DNA from: an uncultured Candidatus Saccharibacteria bacterium
Lineage (GTDB): Bacteria > Patescibacteriota > Minisyncoccia > Phycocordibacterales > UBA5272
Assembly (NCBI GenBank): GCA_964457775.1
Contig: CAYWEW010000002.1
Location: 44,335 to 108,334 of the forward strand
Direction: 5' to 3'
DNA: 64,000 nt
The notes under the pieces: model-generated
Told to the model about the DNA's origin: nothing
Seen by the model: only the letters and a program-made list of their open reading frames with translations
Database searches by the model: none
Shown: positions 29,816 through 38,305 of the stretch, piece by piece
Layout of the letters: every line of letters starts with the position of its first letter
Numbering within the stretch: position 1 is the stretch's first letter
Position numbers and translations under genes: made by a program

Positions 29816-31126
29816 ATGAGTGAAATTCCACAAAAAAAAGAAAAGAAAGAAACACCACAATCCTTAAAGGGTATGTATGACATTTTGGATGAACAATATT
29901 ATGTTTATCAAGGACTATTCGAAAAGGCTCAGGAAGTTGCGCTATATTATGGTTTCAAGCCTATAGAAACCCCTGTTCTTGAACGTGAAGATGTATTCTT
30001 GTCTGCATTAGGTGAAGGAACAGACGTAGTTGATAAAGAAATGTATTCCTTCCGCTCAAAAGGTGGTGAACGTTTATCACTTCGCCCTGAGTACACTGCC
30101 TCTGTTATGCGTGCCTATCTTGAACATGGAATGCAAACACTTCCTCAACCGGTAATGCTTTATTCATATGGACCAGTGTTCAGACATGAGAATCCTCAAA
30201 AAGGACGTCTTCGTCAATTTAGACAGTTCAATCTTGAAATTTTGGGTACATCAAAGTCAATTGCTGATGCTCTTATTATTCGTACCCTTACGACAATACT
30301 TGAAGAATACGGTTTCAAAGATTTGATTGTTGATATTAACTCAATGGGTGATAAAGAAACTCGTCCGCAATTTATAAAAGAACTGACTAATTATTACAAA
30401 AAGCATTTGGATGTATTGTGTAAAGATTGCCATGAGAGAATCAAGACAAACCCGCTTCGCCTTTTGGATTGCAAACAAGCCGTTTGCCAACCATTCAAAG
30501 AAAGCGCTCCTTCTTCCCTTTCATTCCTTTCAAATGACGCACGTAGTCATTTCAAAGAAGTACTTCAATACTTGGAAGAAATGGGTATACAATATCGTAT
30601 TAACAATTCTCTTGTTCGAGGACTAGACTATTACAGTCGCACAGTGTTCGAAATAATAAAAGTTGATGTTGATGAAAATGGAAAAGAAAAAGAAATCACT
30701 ATTACAGGTGGTGGTCGTTATGATTACTTGGCAAAAATGATGGGAAGTAAAAAAGATATACCTTCGGTTGGTACCGGACTTGGCATAGAACGCATTATGA
30801 TGTTCCCAGAATGTAAAAAGTTGCTCCCTCGTATTATAAAACCACCGAAGGTATATTTCATACAACTTGGCTTCGAGGCGAAGCTAAAGAGTCTCTGTAT
30901 TATGGAGACATTACGTAAGAATAAAATTCCTGTATACCAAACACTTTCGAAAGATTCACTCTCTGCACAATTAGCTCAAGCTGAAAAAATGGAAATTCCA
31001 TATTGTATTATTTTCGGACAAAAAGAAGCTATGGATAATACAGTTATTGTTCGTAATATGTCTGTTCATTCACAAGATACTGTTAAGATTGATGCGCTAA
31101 GTGATTATATTAAACACCTGAAGTAG
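29816..31126 (+). CDS. hisS: histidine--tRNA ligase
   Basis: LRPEYTA, FRHENPQKGR.RQF, LVRGLDYY and GGGRYD motifs. Confidence 0.96.
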   Translation: MSEIPQKKEKKETPQSLKGMYDILDEQYYVYQGLFEKAQEVALYYGFKPIETPVLEREDVFLSALGEGTDVVDKEMYSFRSKGGERLSLRPEYTASVMRAYLEHGMQTLPQPVMLYSYGPVFRHENPQKGRLRQFRQFNLEILGTSKSIADALIIRTLTTILEEYGFKDLIVDINSMGDKETRPQFIKELTNYYKKHLDVLCKDCHERIKTNPLRLLDCKQAVCQPFKESAPSSLSFLSNDARSHFKEVLQYLEEMGIQYRINNSLVRGLDYYSRTVFEIIKVDVDENGKEKEITITGGGRYDYLAKMMGSKKDIPSVGTGLGIERIMMFPECKKLLPRIIKPPKVYFIQLGFEAKLKSLCIMETLRKNKIPVYQTLSKDSLSAQLAQAEKMEIPYCIIFGQKEAMDNTVIVRNMSVHSQDTVKIDALSDYIKHLK

Positions 31127-31147
31127 CTAAGGTAAAATAAACATATT

Positions 31148-31765
31148 ATGAGAAAGAAGAGGGTTGGAATTGATTTTGATGATGTATTATTTTATTGTAA
31201 CGAAAACTTGATCCCTTTTCATAACAATCGATATGGTACGAATCATGTCAAAGATAATGATGGGACATATTTTCTTCATGATTTATGGAAATGCACAAGA
31301 GATGAAGCTTATGAACGTATCTTGGAATTTTATAATTCAGAAGAACACGAGGCAATGAAACCAATCGAAGGAGCGGTGGAAGCAATTCATCAACTTTCCA
31401 AAAAATATGATCTATTTATTATCACAGCGCGACCACCGGAAGCAGAGGAAGTAACCAAAAAATTACTTAAACATTTTCAAACAGATGAAATTGATTCTTT
31501 GGATAAGATTTTCAAAAAACTTCATTTTACAGGAACAGTAACCGGTAATAACCATAAAATTACAAAAGCTGAAGTCTGTAAAAATGAAAGTATTGATATT
31601 TTTATAGATGATCATATAAGTAATATTATAAGTGTTGCATTAACTGGTGTTCCTTCTATACTACTTGACCAACCTTGGAACAAAGATGAGGTTATTCCAA
31701 ACAATGTAAAAAGGTTATATTCTTGGGAAGAAATCGTTGAGGAGGTAGATAAAAGACTTTCATAA
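31148..31765 (+). CDS. HAD-superfamily 5'(3')-nucleotidase-like protein (NT5C type)
   Basis: IDFDDVL, ITAR, FIDD and PWN motifs. Confidence 0.8.
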   Translation: MRKKRVGIDFDDVLFYCNENLIPFHNNRYGTNHVKDNDGTYFLHDLWKCTRDEAYERILEFYNSEEHEAMKPIEGAVEAIHQLSKKYDLFIITARPPEAEEVTKKLLKHFQTDEIDSLDKIFKKLHFTGTVTGNNHKITKAEVCKNESIDIFIDDHISNIISVALTGVPSILLDQPWNKDEVIPNNVKRLYSWEEIVEEVDKRLS

Positions 31766-31808
31766 GCCCTTTGTTTTTTTAATAATTTGTGTTAGAATTG
31801 TCCCACAT

Positions 31809-32060
31809 ATGTCAAATACAAACGTAGAAGTAAAAAAGAACGCAAACGAGAATGCTCTTTCTCTTGTTCGTCGCTTCCAAAAGCGTGTTCAAGAATCTGG
31901 TGTTCTTCCACGAGTTCGTGGTATTCGTTACAATATTCGCCCACTTTCAGAGCTTAAATCAAAGCGTGCAAAGTTAAAGAAGCTTGGCAATCTAGCAAAG
32001 TATGAACTAGCGAAGAAGATGGGGAAGGTAATTGAACGCAAAAAGGGAGGAAGACGCTAA
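31809..32060 (+). CDS. rpsU: 30S ribosomal protein S21-like
   Basis: VEVKK..NEN..SL.RRF.KRVQESG; basic 83-aa protein. Confidence 0.7.
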   Translation: MSNTNVEVKKNANENALSLVRRFQKRVQESGVLPRVRGIRYNIRPLSELKSKRAKLKKLGNLAKYELAKKMGKVIERKKGGRR

Positions 32061-32065
32061 TCGCG

Positions 32066-32196
32066 AGTCAAAAGTCTTAAAGTCCATAATGTCCAAAGTA
32101 GTACGAGTATGTATTCACTTTAAGACCTTATGGACTTTTGACTATCTAATCCGCATTCACTTTAAAGACTTTCGACTTTATGGACTTTATAGACTA
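32066..32196. repeat. AAAGTC/GACTTT short-unit palindromic intergenic repeat
   Basis: AGTCAAAAGTCTTAAAGTCCATAA ... TTATGGACTTTTGACT and further GACTTT units. Confidence 0.65.
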
Positions 32197-32206
32197 AACT
32201 AAAGCA

Positions 32207-32605
32207 ATGACTCTCGTTGAACATAAAAATTTAACCGTAATAAGAAAGAAGGGTGTTATTCCAAATCTCCCCTACCTGTCTATTAAGGAAAAAATACTTG
32301 GAAAAAGCTACGACCTAACTATTGTTTTTTGTACGCCAAAAGAATCAAAAGAAAGAAATGGCACTTATCGTGATAAAGATTACCCCACCAATATTCTTTC
32401 CTTCCCTCTTTCGAAAGATGAAGGTGAAATATACATATCTCTTTCAATCGTACGTCGTGATGCGAAAAAGCATGACATGTCATATCAAAAATTCCTCCAT
32501 CTCCTTGTTATCCATGGAATACTTCATTTGAAAGGATTCGATCATGGTAGTACAATGGAGAAGTTAGAGGATAAATATCTACAACAGCACTACTGTGGCG
32601 CGTAA
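32207..32605 (+). CDS. ybeY: rRNA maturation endonuclease YbeY
   Basis: YRDKDYPTNILSF and HGILHLKGFDH motifs. Confidence 0.93.
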   Translation: MTLVEHKNLTVIRKKGVIPNLPYLSIKEKILGKSYDLTIVFCTPKESKERNGTYRDKDYPTNILSFPLSKDEGEIYISLSIVRRDAKKHDMSYQKFLHLLVIHGILHLKGFDHGSTMEKLEDKYLQQHYCGA

Positions 32606-33764
32606 CACAAAAAACATGATAGTGGGAATAGATATCGGAAGCGGAAGCTTGCGAGCTATTGGTGCTATTCGGGATACAGATGTTCGCCACCCTGTAGTTA
32701 TAGCAACGTACAAAAAAGCAATCGATGGTATTGAAAGAGGTAATATCGTTAATGACGCTGAAGTCACAAAAGCAATTATGGATGCGATTGACGCTCTTGA
32801 AATTGAATCTGGTCACGACACATTGCATACACTCATATCATTAGGAGCAATAGGACTTTCGTCCAATCACGTTAATGGTCAAACACAAGTATCCCGTGGT
32901 GATGCATCAGTCACGGATTTAGATATTGAAAAGGCAATACAAGAAGCTCATAAAGGAGTACCAGATATTAGAAACAAGGCTGTTATTCATACTATCCCAA
33001 TGAAATATAGATTAGATGGTCACGATGTTCAAGGAAATATTATTGGTGTTCGTGGAAATAAATTAGAAGTCAAAACTCTTTTTATTACTTACCCTCTTCA
33101 ATGCATGAATGTGTTGAAGAAATCACTTGAAAATGCCAAGATTAGAATCACAGATATTGTAGCTGGTCCAATCGCAGAAAGTATCCCACTTCTTACAAAG
33201 AAACAAAAAATTGCGGGGGTCGCTCTCATTAACATCGGGGCGGAAGTTACATCAATACTTGTTTATGAAAACAACACCCCTCTTCTTGTTTCAACAATAA
33301 GTGTTGGAGGTAACGACATAACAAAAGATATTGCACTTGGAATGAAGGTTACACTTGAAGACGCTGAAGAAATAAAATGTGGTCGTTCAACATTACCTCA
33401 CTCAAAGAGAAGATTGGAAGAAATAGTAGATGCTAGACTTGAGGATATGTGTGTGAAAATCACTAAAGAATTTTCGAGAATACAAAGACAAGAACTTCTT
33501 CCTGCTGGTATTGTAGTATGTGGTTCATCATCACTTACACCTCGACTTGAATATGTGTTTCGTGGAGAGTTGAAACTTCCAATAAAAATTGCATCAAATG
33601 AAATTGCTAAGCTGACTCATGATGCATTACGCGACAGCGGTTGGGCCAGATGTTATGGTCTTACATTCCTTGCTCCACAAGATACAGAAAACGATGTTCT
33701 TAAAGAGCTTTTAACATCATTATTTATTCGTGTCAAGAAAATGATTGTACAGTTTTTACCTTAA
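32595..33764 (+). CDS. ftsA: cell division protein FtsA
   Basis: GIDIGS, VGGNDITKDIA..AEEIK and LPAGIV motifs; directly upstream of ftsZ. Confidence 0.92.
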   Translation: MARNTKNMIVGIDIGSGSLRAIGAIRDTDVRHPVVIATYKKAIDGIERGNIVNDAEVTKAIMDAIDALEIESGHDTLHTLISLGAIGLSSNHVNGQTQVSRGDASVTDLDIEKAIQEAHKGVPDIRNKAVIHTIPMKYRLDGHDVQGNIIGVRGNKLEVKTLFITYPLQCMNVLKKSLENAKIRITDIVAGPIAESIPLLTKKQKIAGVALINIGAEVTSILVYENNTPLLVSTISVGGNDITKDIALGMKVTLEDAEEIKCGRSTLPHSKRRLEEIVDARLEDMCVKITKEFSRIQRQELLPAGIVVCGSSSLTPRLEYVFRGELKLPIKIASNEIAKLTHDALRDSGWARCYGLTFLAPQDTENDVLKELLTSLFIRVKKMIVQFLP

Positions 33765-33868
33765 TTTATAATACTTTTTAAGAAAATTAGAAAAAATATT
33801 CACCTTTGCAAAATATCTATCAAATTGGTATAGTTACTACATAATAATCTAACCAAATATACAACAAT

Positions 33869-35122
33869 ATGGCAAAAGTAAATCCGGAAATTGAAAGCTT
33901 CGCACGTATCAAAGTAATTGGTATAGGTGGTTCTGGAAAAGGTGCTCTCAATCACATGATTAACTCCAAATTACAAGGAGTAGAATTCATTGCGATGAAC
34001 ACTGATGTACAAGATTTGCACCATTCACTTGCTGAGAAAAAAATTCACATCGGTAAAAATTTAACCAAGGGTCTTGGAGCTGGTATGGACCCAGAAATTG
34101 GAAAACGTTCTGCTGAAGAAACTCGTGAAGAAGTTCAAGATGTTATCAAAGGTGCTGATATGGTATTCATCGCTGGTGGTATGGGTGGAGGAACAGGAAC
34201 AGGTGCAGCCCCTGTTGTTGCTGCAATTGCAAAAAATGAAGGCATACTTACTATTGGAGTTTTCACAAAACCATTTTTCTTTGAAGGCTCATCACGTATG
34301 AAGTTAGCAGACCGAGGACTTGAAGAATTAGAAAAAGAAGTCGATGCACTTATTGTTATCCCTAACGATAGATTACTTTCTGTTATTGATAAGAACACTT
34401 CAGTTAAGCAGGCGTTCGAGATGTGTGATGAAGTTCTTAAACAAGCAGTTGAGAGCATTTCAAATATTATTCGTACAGCTGGAACAATTAACCTAGACTT
34501 CGCTGATATCAAGAGAATTCTTAAGGATTCAGGAACAGCACTTATGGGTGTTGGACATGGTACAGGTGAGAATCGTGCTCGTGAAGCTGCCTCTGCTGCG
34601 GTTAATTCTCCACTACTAGATGTTTCAATACATGGTGCTAAAGGTGTTCTCTTTGCAATTTATGGAGCTGAAGATTTAGGAATGTTAGAAGTTCAAGAAG
34701 CTGCTAAGATTATTACAGAATCAGTAGATAAGGATGCAAAGATTATTTTTGGTATTGCAACTGACCCAACCCTTAAAAAAGATGAAATCAAGGTGACTGT
34801 GATTGCAACTGGTTTCCCTAGCGCATTTTCTACACGTGTAGATTCTTCAACTGTTTCTGGAATTGAAGCTAAATACGAGAGTGAAGTTCTAAAACCAGAA
34901 CATCACCTACCAAAAACAGAAACTGTAGCTACGGCAATTGATGAAGTAGATAGACGTGAAGATAAGCGCATCGATCACAAAATAGATGATGGTGAAGCAA
35001 AAATTGTTGAAGAAGATGATGGGAAGAAATCAGCACCAAAGAAAACTGTTTTCAAATTCGATGATGAAGATGAAGAAGATGATTGGGAGGCGTTGCCACC
35101 ATTCCTACGCCGAAAGAAATAA
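33869..35122 (+). CDS. ftsZ: cell division protein FtsZ
   Basis: GMGGGTGTG, INLDFAD and C-terminal LPPFLRRKK motifs. Confidence 0.98.
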   Translation: MAKVNPEIESFARIKVIGIGGSGKGALNHMINSKLQGVEFIAMNTDVQDLHHSLAEKKIHIGKNLTKGLGAGMDPEIGKRSAEETREEVQDVIKGADMVFIAGGMGGGTGTGAAPVVAAIAKNEGILTIGVFTKPFFFEGSSRMKLADRGLEELEKEVDALIVIPNDRLLSVIDKNTSVKQAFEMCDEVLKQAVESISNIIRTAGTINLDFADIKRILKDSGTALMGVGHGTGENRAREAASAAVNSPLLDVSIHGAKGVLFAIYGAEDLGMLEVQEAAKIITESVDKDAKIIFGIATDPTLKKDEIKVTVIATGFPSAFSTRVDSSTVSGIEAKYESEVLKPEHHLPKTETVATAIDEVDRREDKRIDHKIDDGEAKIVEEDDGKKSAPKKTVFKFDDEDEEDDWEALPPFLRRKK

Positions 35123-35164
35123 ATTAAAAAGGATGTCCAAACGGACATCCTTTTTAATTTATTT
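35117..35164 (+). terminator. 22-bp perfect inverted repeat overlapping the ftsZ stop
   Basis: AAATAAATTAAAAAGGATGTCC-aaac-GGACATCCTTTTTAATTTATTT. Confidence 0.7.
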
Positions 35165-35243
35165 TTTCCTTCTTCATCATTAAAATTTATCAAAGAAAAA
35201 TCCGCAAAAACAATCAAGTGCTTGCGGATAATTTAAATTAATT

Positions 35244-35846
35244 TCAACGAAGACAAAGCCCTCTTAGGGCAAGTAGCTCCCTAATTTCATTTACGCCTTT
35301 ACGGCCTAGATTCGGAATACCGAGAAGGTCCTCACCACTCTTCTTCAGTAAATCACCAATAGTAAAAATACTTTCTGCTTTAAGACAGTTGGAAGTACGA
35401 ACAGTCAAATCCAAGCGGTCAACAGGTTCACTATTTTCTTTTGGTTGTGTAATCAGATTTAACCTTAAAACTTCAGCTATTAACCTAGAAATTTCTGCTT
35501 CACAAGAGTTAACTCGCTTACGAAGAGCTTGAAATTGGGGATCTTTCTTTGACCAAAACAGATCTTCCAACATCATGTTTATGGGTTGAGCACGCACATG
35601 ATATTTAAGTTGACGAATCGATTTATTGCGAATCTGAGAGATTCGTTGACTAGATAGATTAAAATCAATACCAAGCTGTACTAAAGTTTTATCTACACAA
35701 TCAAGACCGTAATATGTCAAAACTATCTCTGCGCTTCTTGGTGTTAGAGAATCCTTAATCCACGGTACGATAGCCTTCTCAATATCTTCCGACAAACCAG
35801 GAATAACAAGACCAATCTTCACAAAAAACGCCTCTTTCTTATTCAT
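35244..35846 (-). CDS. sigma70 region 4 HTH fused to an RNA polymerase alpha C-terminal domain
   Basis: LTPR..EIV...YGL..KTL..LG..FNLS.QRI.QI..K.IR.LK (sigma4) plus [23 protein letters not shown]......LL..PNLGRK (alpha-CTD); SD AGGAG. Confidence 0.85.
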   Translation of the reverse strand: MNKKEAFFVKIGLVIPGLSEDIEKAIVPWIKDSLTPRSAEIVLTYYGLDCVDKTLVQLGIDFNLSSQRISQIRNKSIRQLKYHVRAQPINMMLEDLFWSKKDPQFQALRKRVNSCEAEISRLIAEVLRLNLITQPKENSEPVDRLDLTVRTSNCLKAESIFTIGDLLKKSGEDLLGIPNLGRKGVNEIRELLALRGLCLR

Positions 35847-35939
35847 TTCTTAATCTCCTGTTAAAGGACAATAGTAACTAATCACGATACTACAATATTT
35901 AGTTCAATATGTAAATAATATCTAGTAATATCTAAAAAT

Positions 35940-35967
35940 AAAAAAACCGCCACAAACTCGTGACGGC
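35940..35967 (-). terminator. intrinsic terminator after ORF 36158..37003 and its long 3' hairpin
   Basis: Minus strand GCCGTCACGAGTTTGTGGCGG followed by a T-tract. Confidence 0.55.
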
Positions 35968-35972
35968 CTTCA

Positions 35973-36137
35973 TCATCTGACTAGAACTTTTTAATTAGAT
36001 ACATAACTTACGTTAGAACTCTTCTCTTTGTGATATACACAATTTTCACAATTATATATTAATAAAATGTGAAATGCGTAATATATAGAAGAATCTTCTA
36101 ACATCAAATATGTATCCGATCATTTCCAGTAAGACGA
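35973..36137. other. ~165-nt imperfect hairpin (candidate structured RNA or decayed inverted-repeat element)
   Basis: Nested pairs TTTCACA/TGTGAAA, TCTTCT/AGAAGA, GTTAGAA/TTCTAAC, GATACATA/TATGTATC and ACTAGAA/TTCCAGT. Confidence 0.55.
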
Positions 36138-36157
36138 CAAATTATTTATTACTACAA

Positions 36158-37003
36158 TTACCTCGAACTTCTTATTATTAACTTGTCGCAATAATCATCT
36201 ATCGCGATAGCTTGAAAACGATGAATCAAAAGTGTAATACTCCAACTGTTGCACGTATCCCTAAGTGTAACTATGACATCTCCAGAAAGAGTATGCCCAA
36301 GGGATTTGATGAGTACGAAATTGTCCATAAATGCTGCATTTGGAACATAAGACGACACCCACACTTCTCTCTTTATGTTATAAAACCTTATCCACTGTGG
36401 AGTTCCGAGATTGTCGATGTAGTGCAAATGCTGCCCATCATTCCATAGCTGAATTGCCATCCATGGAGTTTTTACAGGTGATAGTTTCCGTTTCTGAACC
36501 TGAAAAAGGAACTTTGGATAGAGGAGAGCTGATGCTGTTAATCTAGGTTTTGGGGCCTCGATTTTTTTAGCTTCAACGCACATCTTTATATCCATCTTTC
36601 CGTTGTCTTTCTTAACCGTACGAACACGAGTTCCTACTTTTTCCAATCTGAAGCTTGTACCATCTCTCCAGACTTCACACATATAACCATCTTGAATCTG
36701 GAATGTGAATGGCGGGTAATCAAGCAATTCATAACGTATTGTTACGGTCAAAGTTAGTACCCCGTTAACAGTAATTCTTTCAGCTGAAAGCAGAAGTTGC
36801 TCACGCCCGAAAAATGGACACCCGCCGGCTACACGTTGAATTGGCTTATATCTTTCATTCACATCTGCAAAAAGACGTTTGATTCTGTGCCACCCTGATC
36901 TCCTGAAATGATCATATAAGTTCCCGTCGACATTACAAAGTTTCCATCCCCTTTTGGGTTGAACATCTTGGGTCGCCGTAGGACTTGCCGTTATTTCACT
37001 CAT
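36158..37003 (-). CDS. hypothetical protein
   Basis: 281-aa ORF with SD AAGGA and TTGACA-type promoter upstream; no recognisable motif. Confidence 0.65.
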   Translation of the reverse strand: MSEITASPTATQDVQPKRGWKLCNVDGNLYDHFRRSGWHRIKRLFADVNERYKPIQRVAGGCPFFGREQLLLSAERITVNGVLTLTVTIRYELLDYPPFTFQIQDGYMCEVWRDGTSFRLEKVGTRVRTVKKDNGKMDIKMCVEAKKIEAPKPRLTASALLYPKFLFQVQKRKLSPVKTPWMAIQLWNDGQHLHYIDNLGTPQWIRFYNIKREVWVSSYVPNAAFMDNFVLIKSLGHTLSGDVIVTLRDTCNSWSITLLIHRFQAIAIDDYCDKLIIRSSR

Positions 37004-37155
37004 TACCGTTTCCTTTCAAAGAGCTCTTCCCACCCAATGCGGAAAGTAATATATTATATCATATTTTATCGACTATGTCAATGTTATAAAAATCAATGTT
37101 ACTGTTATACTAAAATTTATATTTATAAACTATTAAACAGTAACTACTAACTATT

Positions 37156-38070
37156 ATGTACGATTTAATTATCATCGGTGGAGGACCAGCAGGAAGTGCA
37201 GCAGCAGTGTATGCAGCACGTAAACAATTAAAAACACTTCTTATTGTAAAAGAATGGGGTGGTCAATCAATTGTTTCCGATGATATACAAAACTGGATAG
37301 GAACTCCACATATATCTGGCTCAAACCTCGCAGAATCACTCAAGAGTCATGTCATGGAATACAAGGGTGATATTCTTACAGTGAAAGAAGGTTCTGGTGC
37401 AAGTGCTGTCACAGGAACAGATGGAAACTTCGCAGTGAAACTTGAAAATAATGAAACATTTAATGGTAAAACTGTTCTGATTTCTACTGGTTCATCTCGT
37501 CGTAAGTTAGATATAGACGGTGCTGTAGAATTCGAAAATAAAGGCATAACTTATTGTGCTTCATGTGATGGCCCCCTATTCACTGGAATGGATGTTGTTG
37601 TAATTGGTGGGGGTAATGCCGGATTCGAATCAGCCGCTCAATTACTAGCTTATTGTAAAAGTGTAACCCTTCTTTCTCGTAGTGAACCGAGAGCAGATGC
37701 TATTACTGTCGAGAAGTTGCAGAAGAAAGAACATTTCAAACTTATAATAAACGCAATTCCAAAAAATATAAAAGGTAGTACATTCGCAGAATCCATAACT
37801 TATGTAGATGGAAGTGGTAATGATGTGGAACTTCCAACTTCGGCTGTGTTCGTAGAAATCGGCCAAGTCCCTGCCACATCTTTCGTAGAAGGTGTTGTTG
37901 ATTTAACCTCAACAAAAAATATAATTATCGATCCACGCACTCAAGCAACATCTGTCAAAGGTATATGGTCAGCTGGTGATTGTACAGATGTGCTTTATCA
38001 TCAAAATAATATTGCAGCGGGAGACGCGGTACGTGCGCTAGAAGATATTTATCTCCACCTTCACGCCTAA
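37156..38070 (+). CDS. trxB: thioredoxin-disulfide reductase (TrxB/AhpF C-domain type)
   Basis: IIGGGPAG, YCASCDG (CxxC), IGGGNAG and SAGDC motifs. Confidence 0.88.
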   Translation: MYDLIIIGGGPAGSAAAVYAARKQLKTLLIVKEWGGQSIVSDDIQNWIGTPHISGSNLAESLKSHVMEYKGDILTVKEGSGASAVTGTDGNFAVKLENNETFNGKTVLISTGSSRRKLDIDGAVEFENKGITYCASCDGPLFTGMDVVVIGGGNAGFESAAQLLAYCKSVTLLSRSEPRADAITVEKLQKKEHFKLIINAIPKNIKGSTFAESITYVDGSGNDVELPTSAVFVEIGQVPATSFVEGVVDLTSTKNIIIDPRTQATSVKGIWSAGDCTDVLYHQNNIAAGDAVRALEDIYLHLHA

Positions 38071-38093
38071 AATAATTTTTATTGAAGAAAACA

Positions 38094-38120
38094 AAAAACC
38101 GAGCACGTATGCTCGGTTTT
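38094..38120. terminator. bidirectional terminator hairpin
   Basis: AAAACCGAGCA-cgta-TGCTCGGTTTT with A- and T-tracts on both sides. Confidence 0.65.
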
Positions 38121-38305
38121 GACTGATACTTACTATCTAGCGTCACCTAGATAGAGGGTTAATGTCCCTAGATAGAGTGTTTAACCTGGCTTCTTTTACA
38201 TCATCCAAAGCAAACTCATTTGCTTAGCCCGTATACATTATATCATGTACAACATCACAAAACAAGACTTACAAAATTTGTAAAGGTCTGCTATGCTAAG
38301 ACAAC

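Noticed and set aside
35244-35846. Calling this rpoA or a sigma factor
   Set aside because: No alpha N-terminal assembly domain, no sigma region 2, and not in the S13-S11-L17 context.
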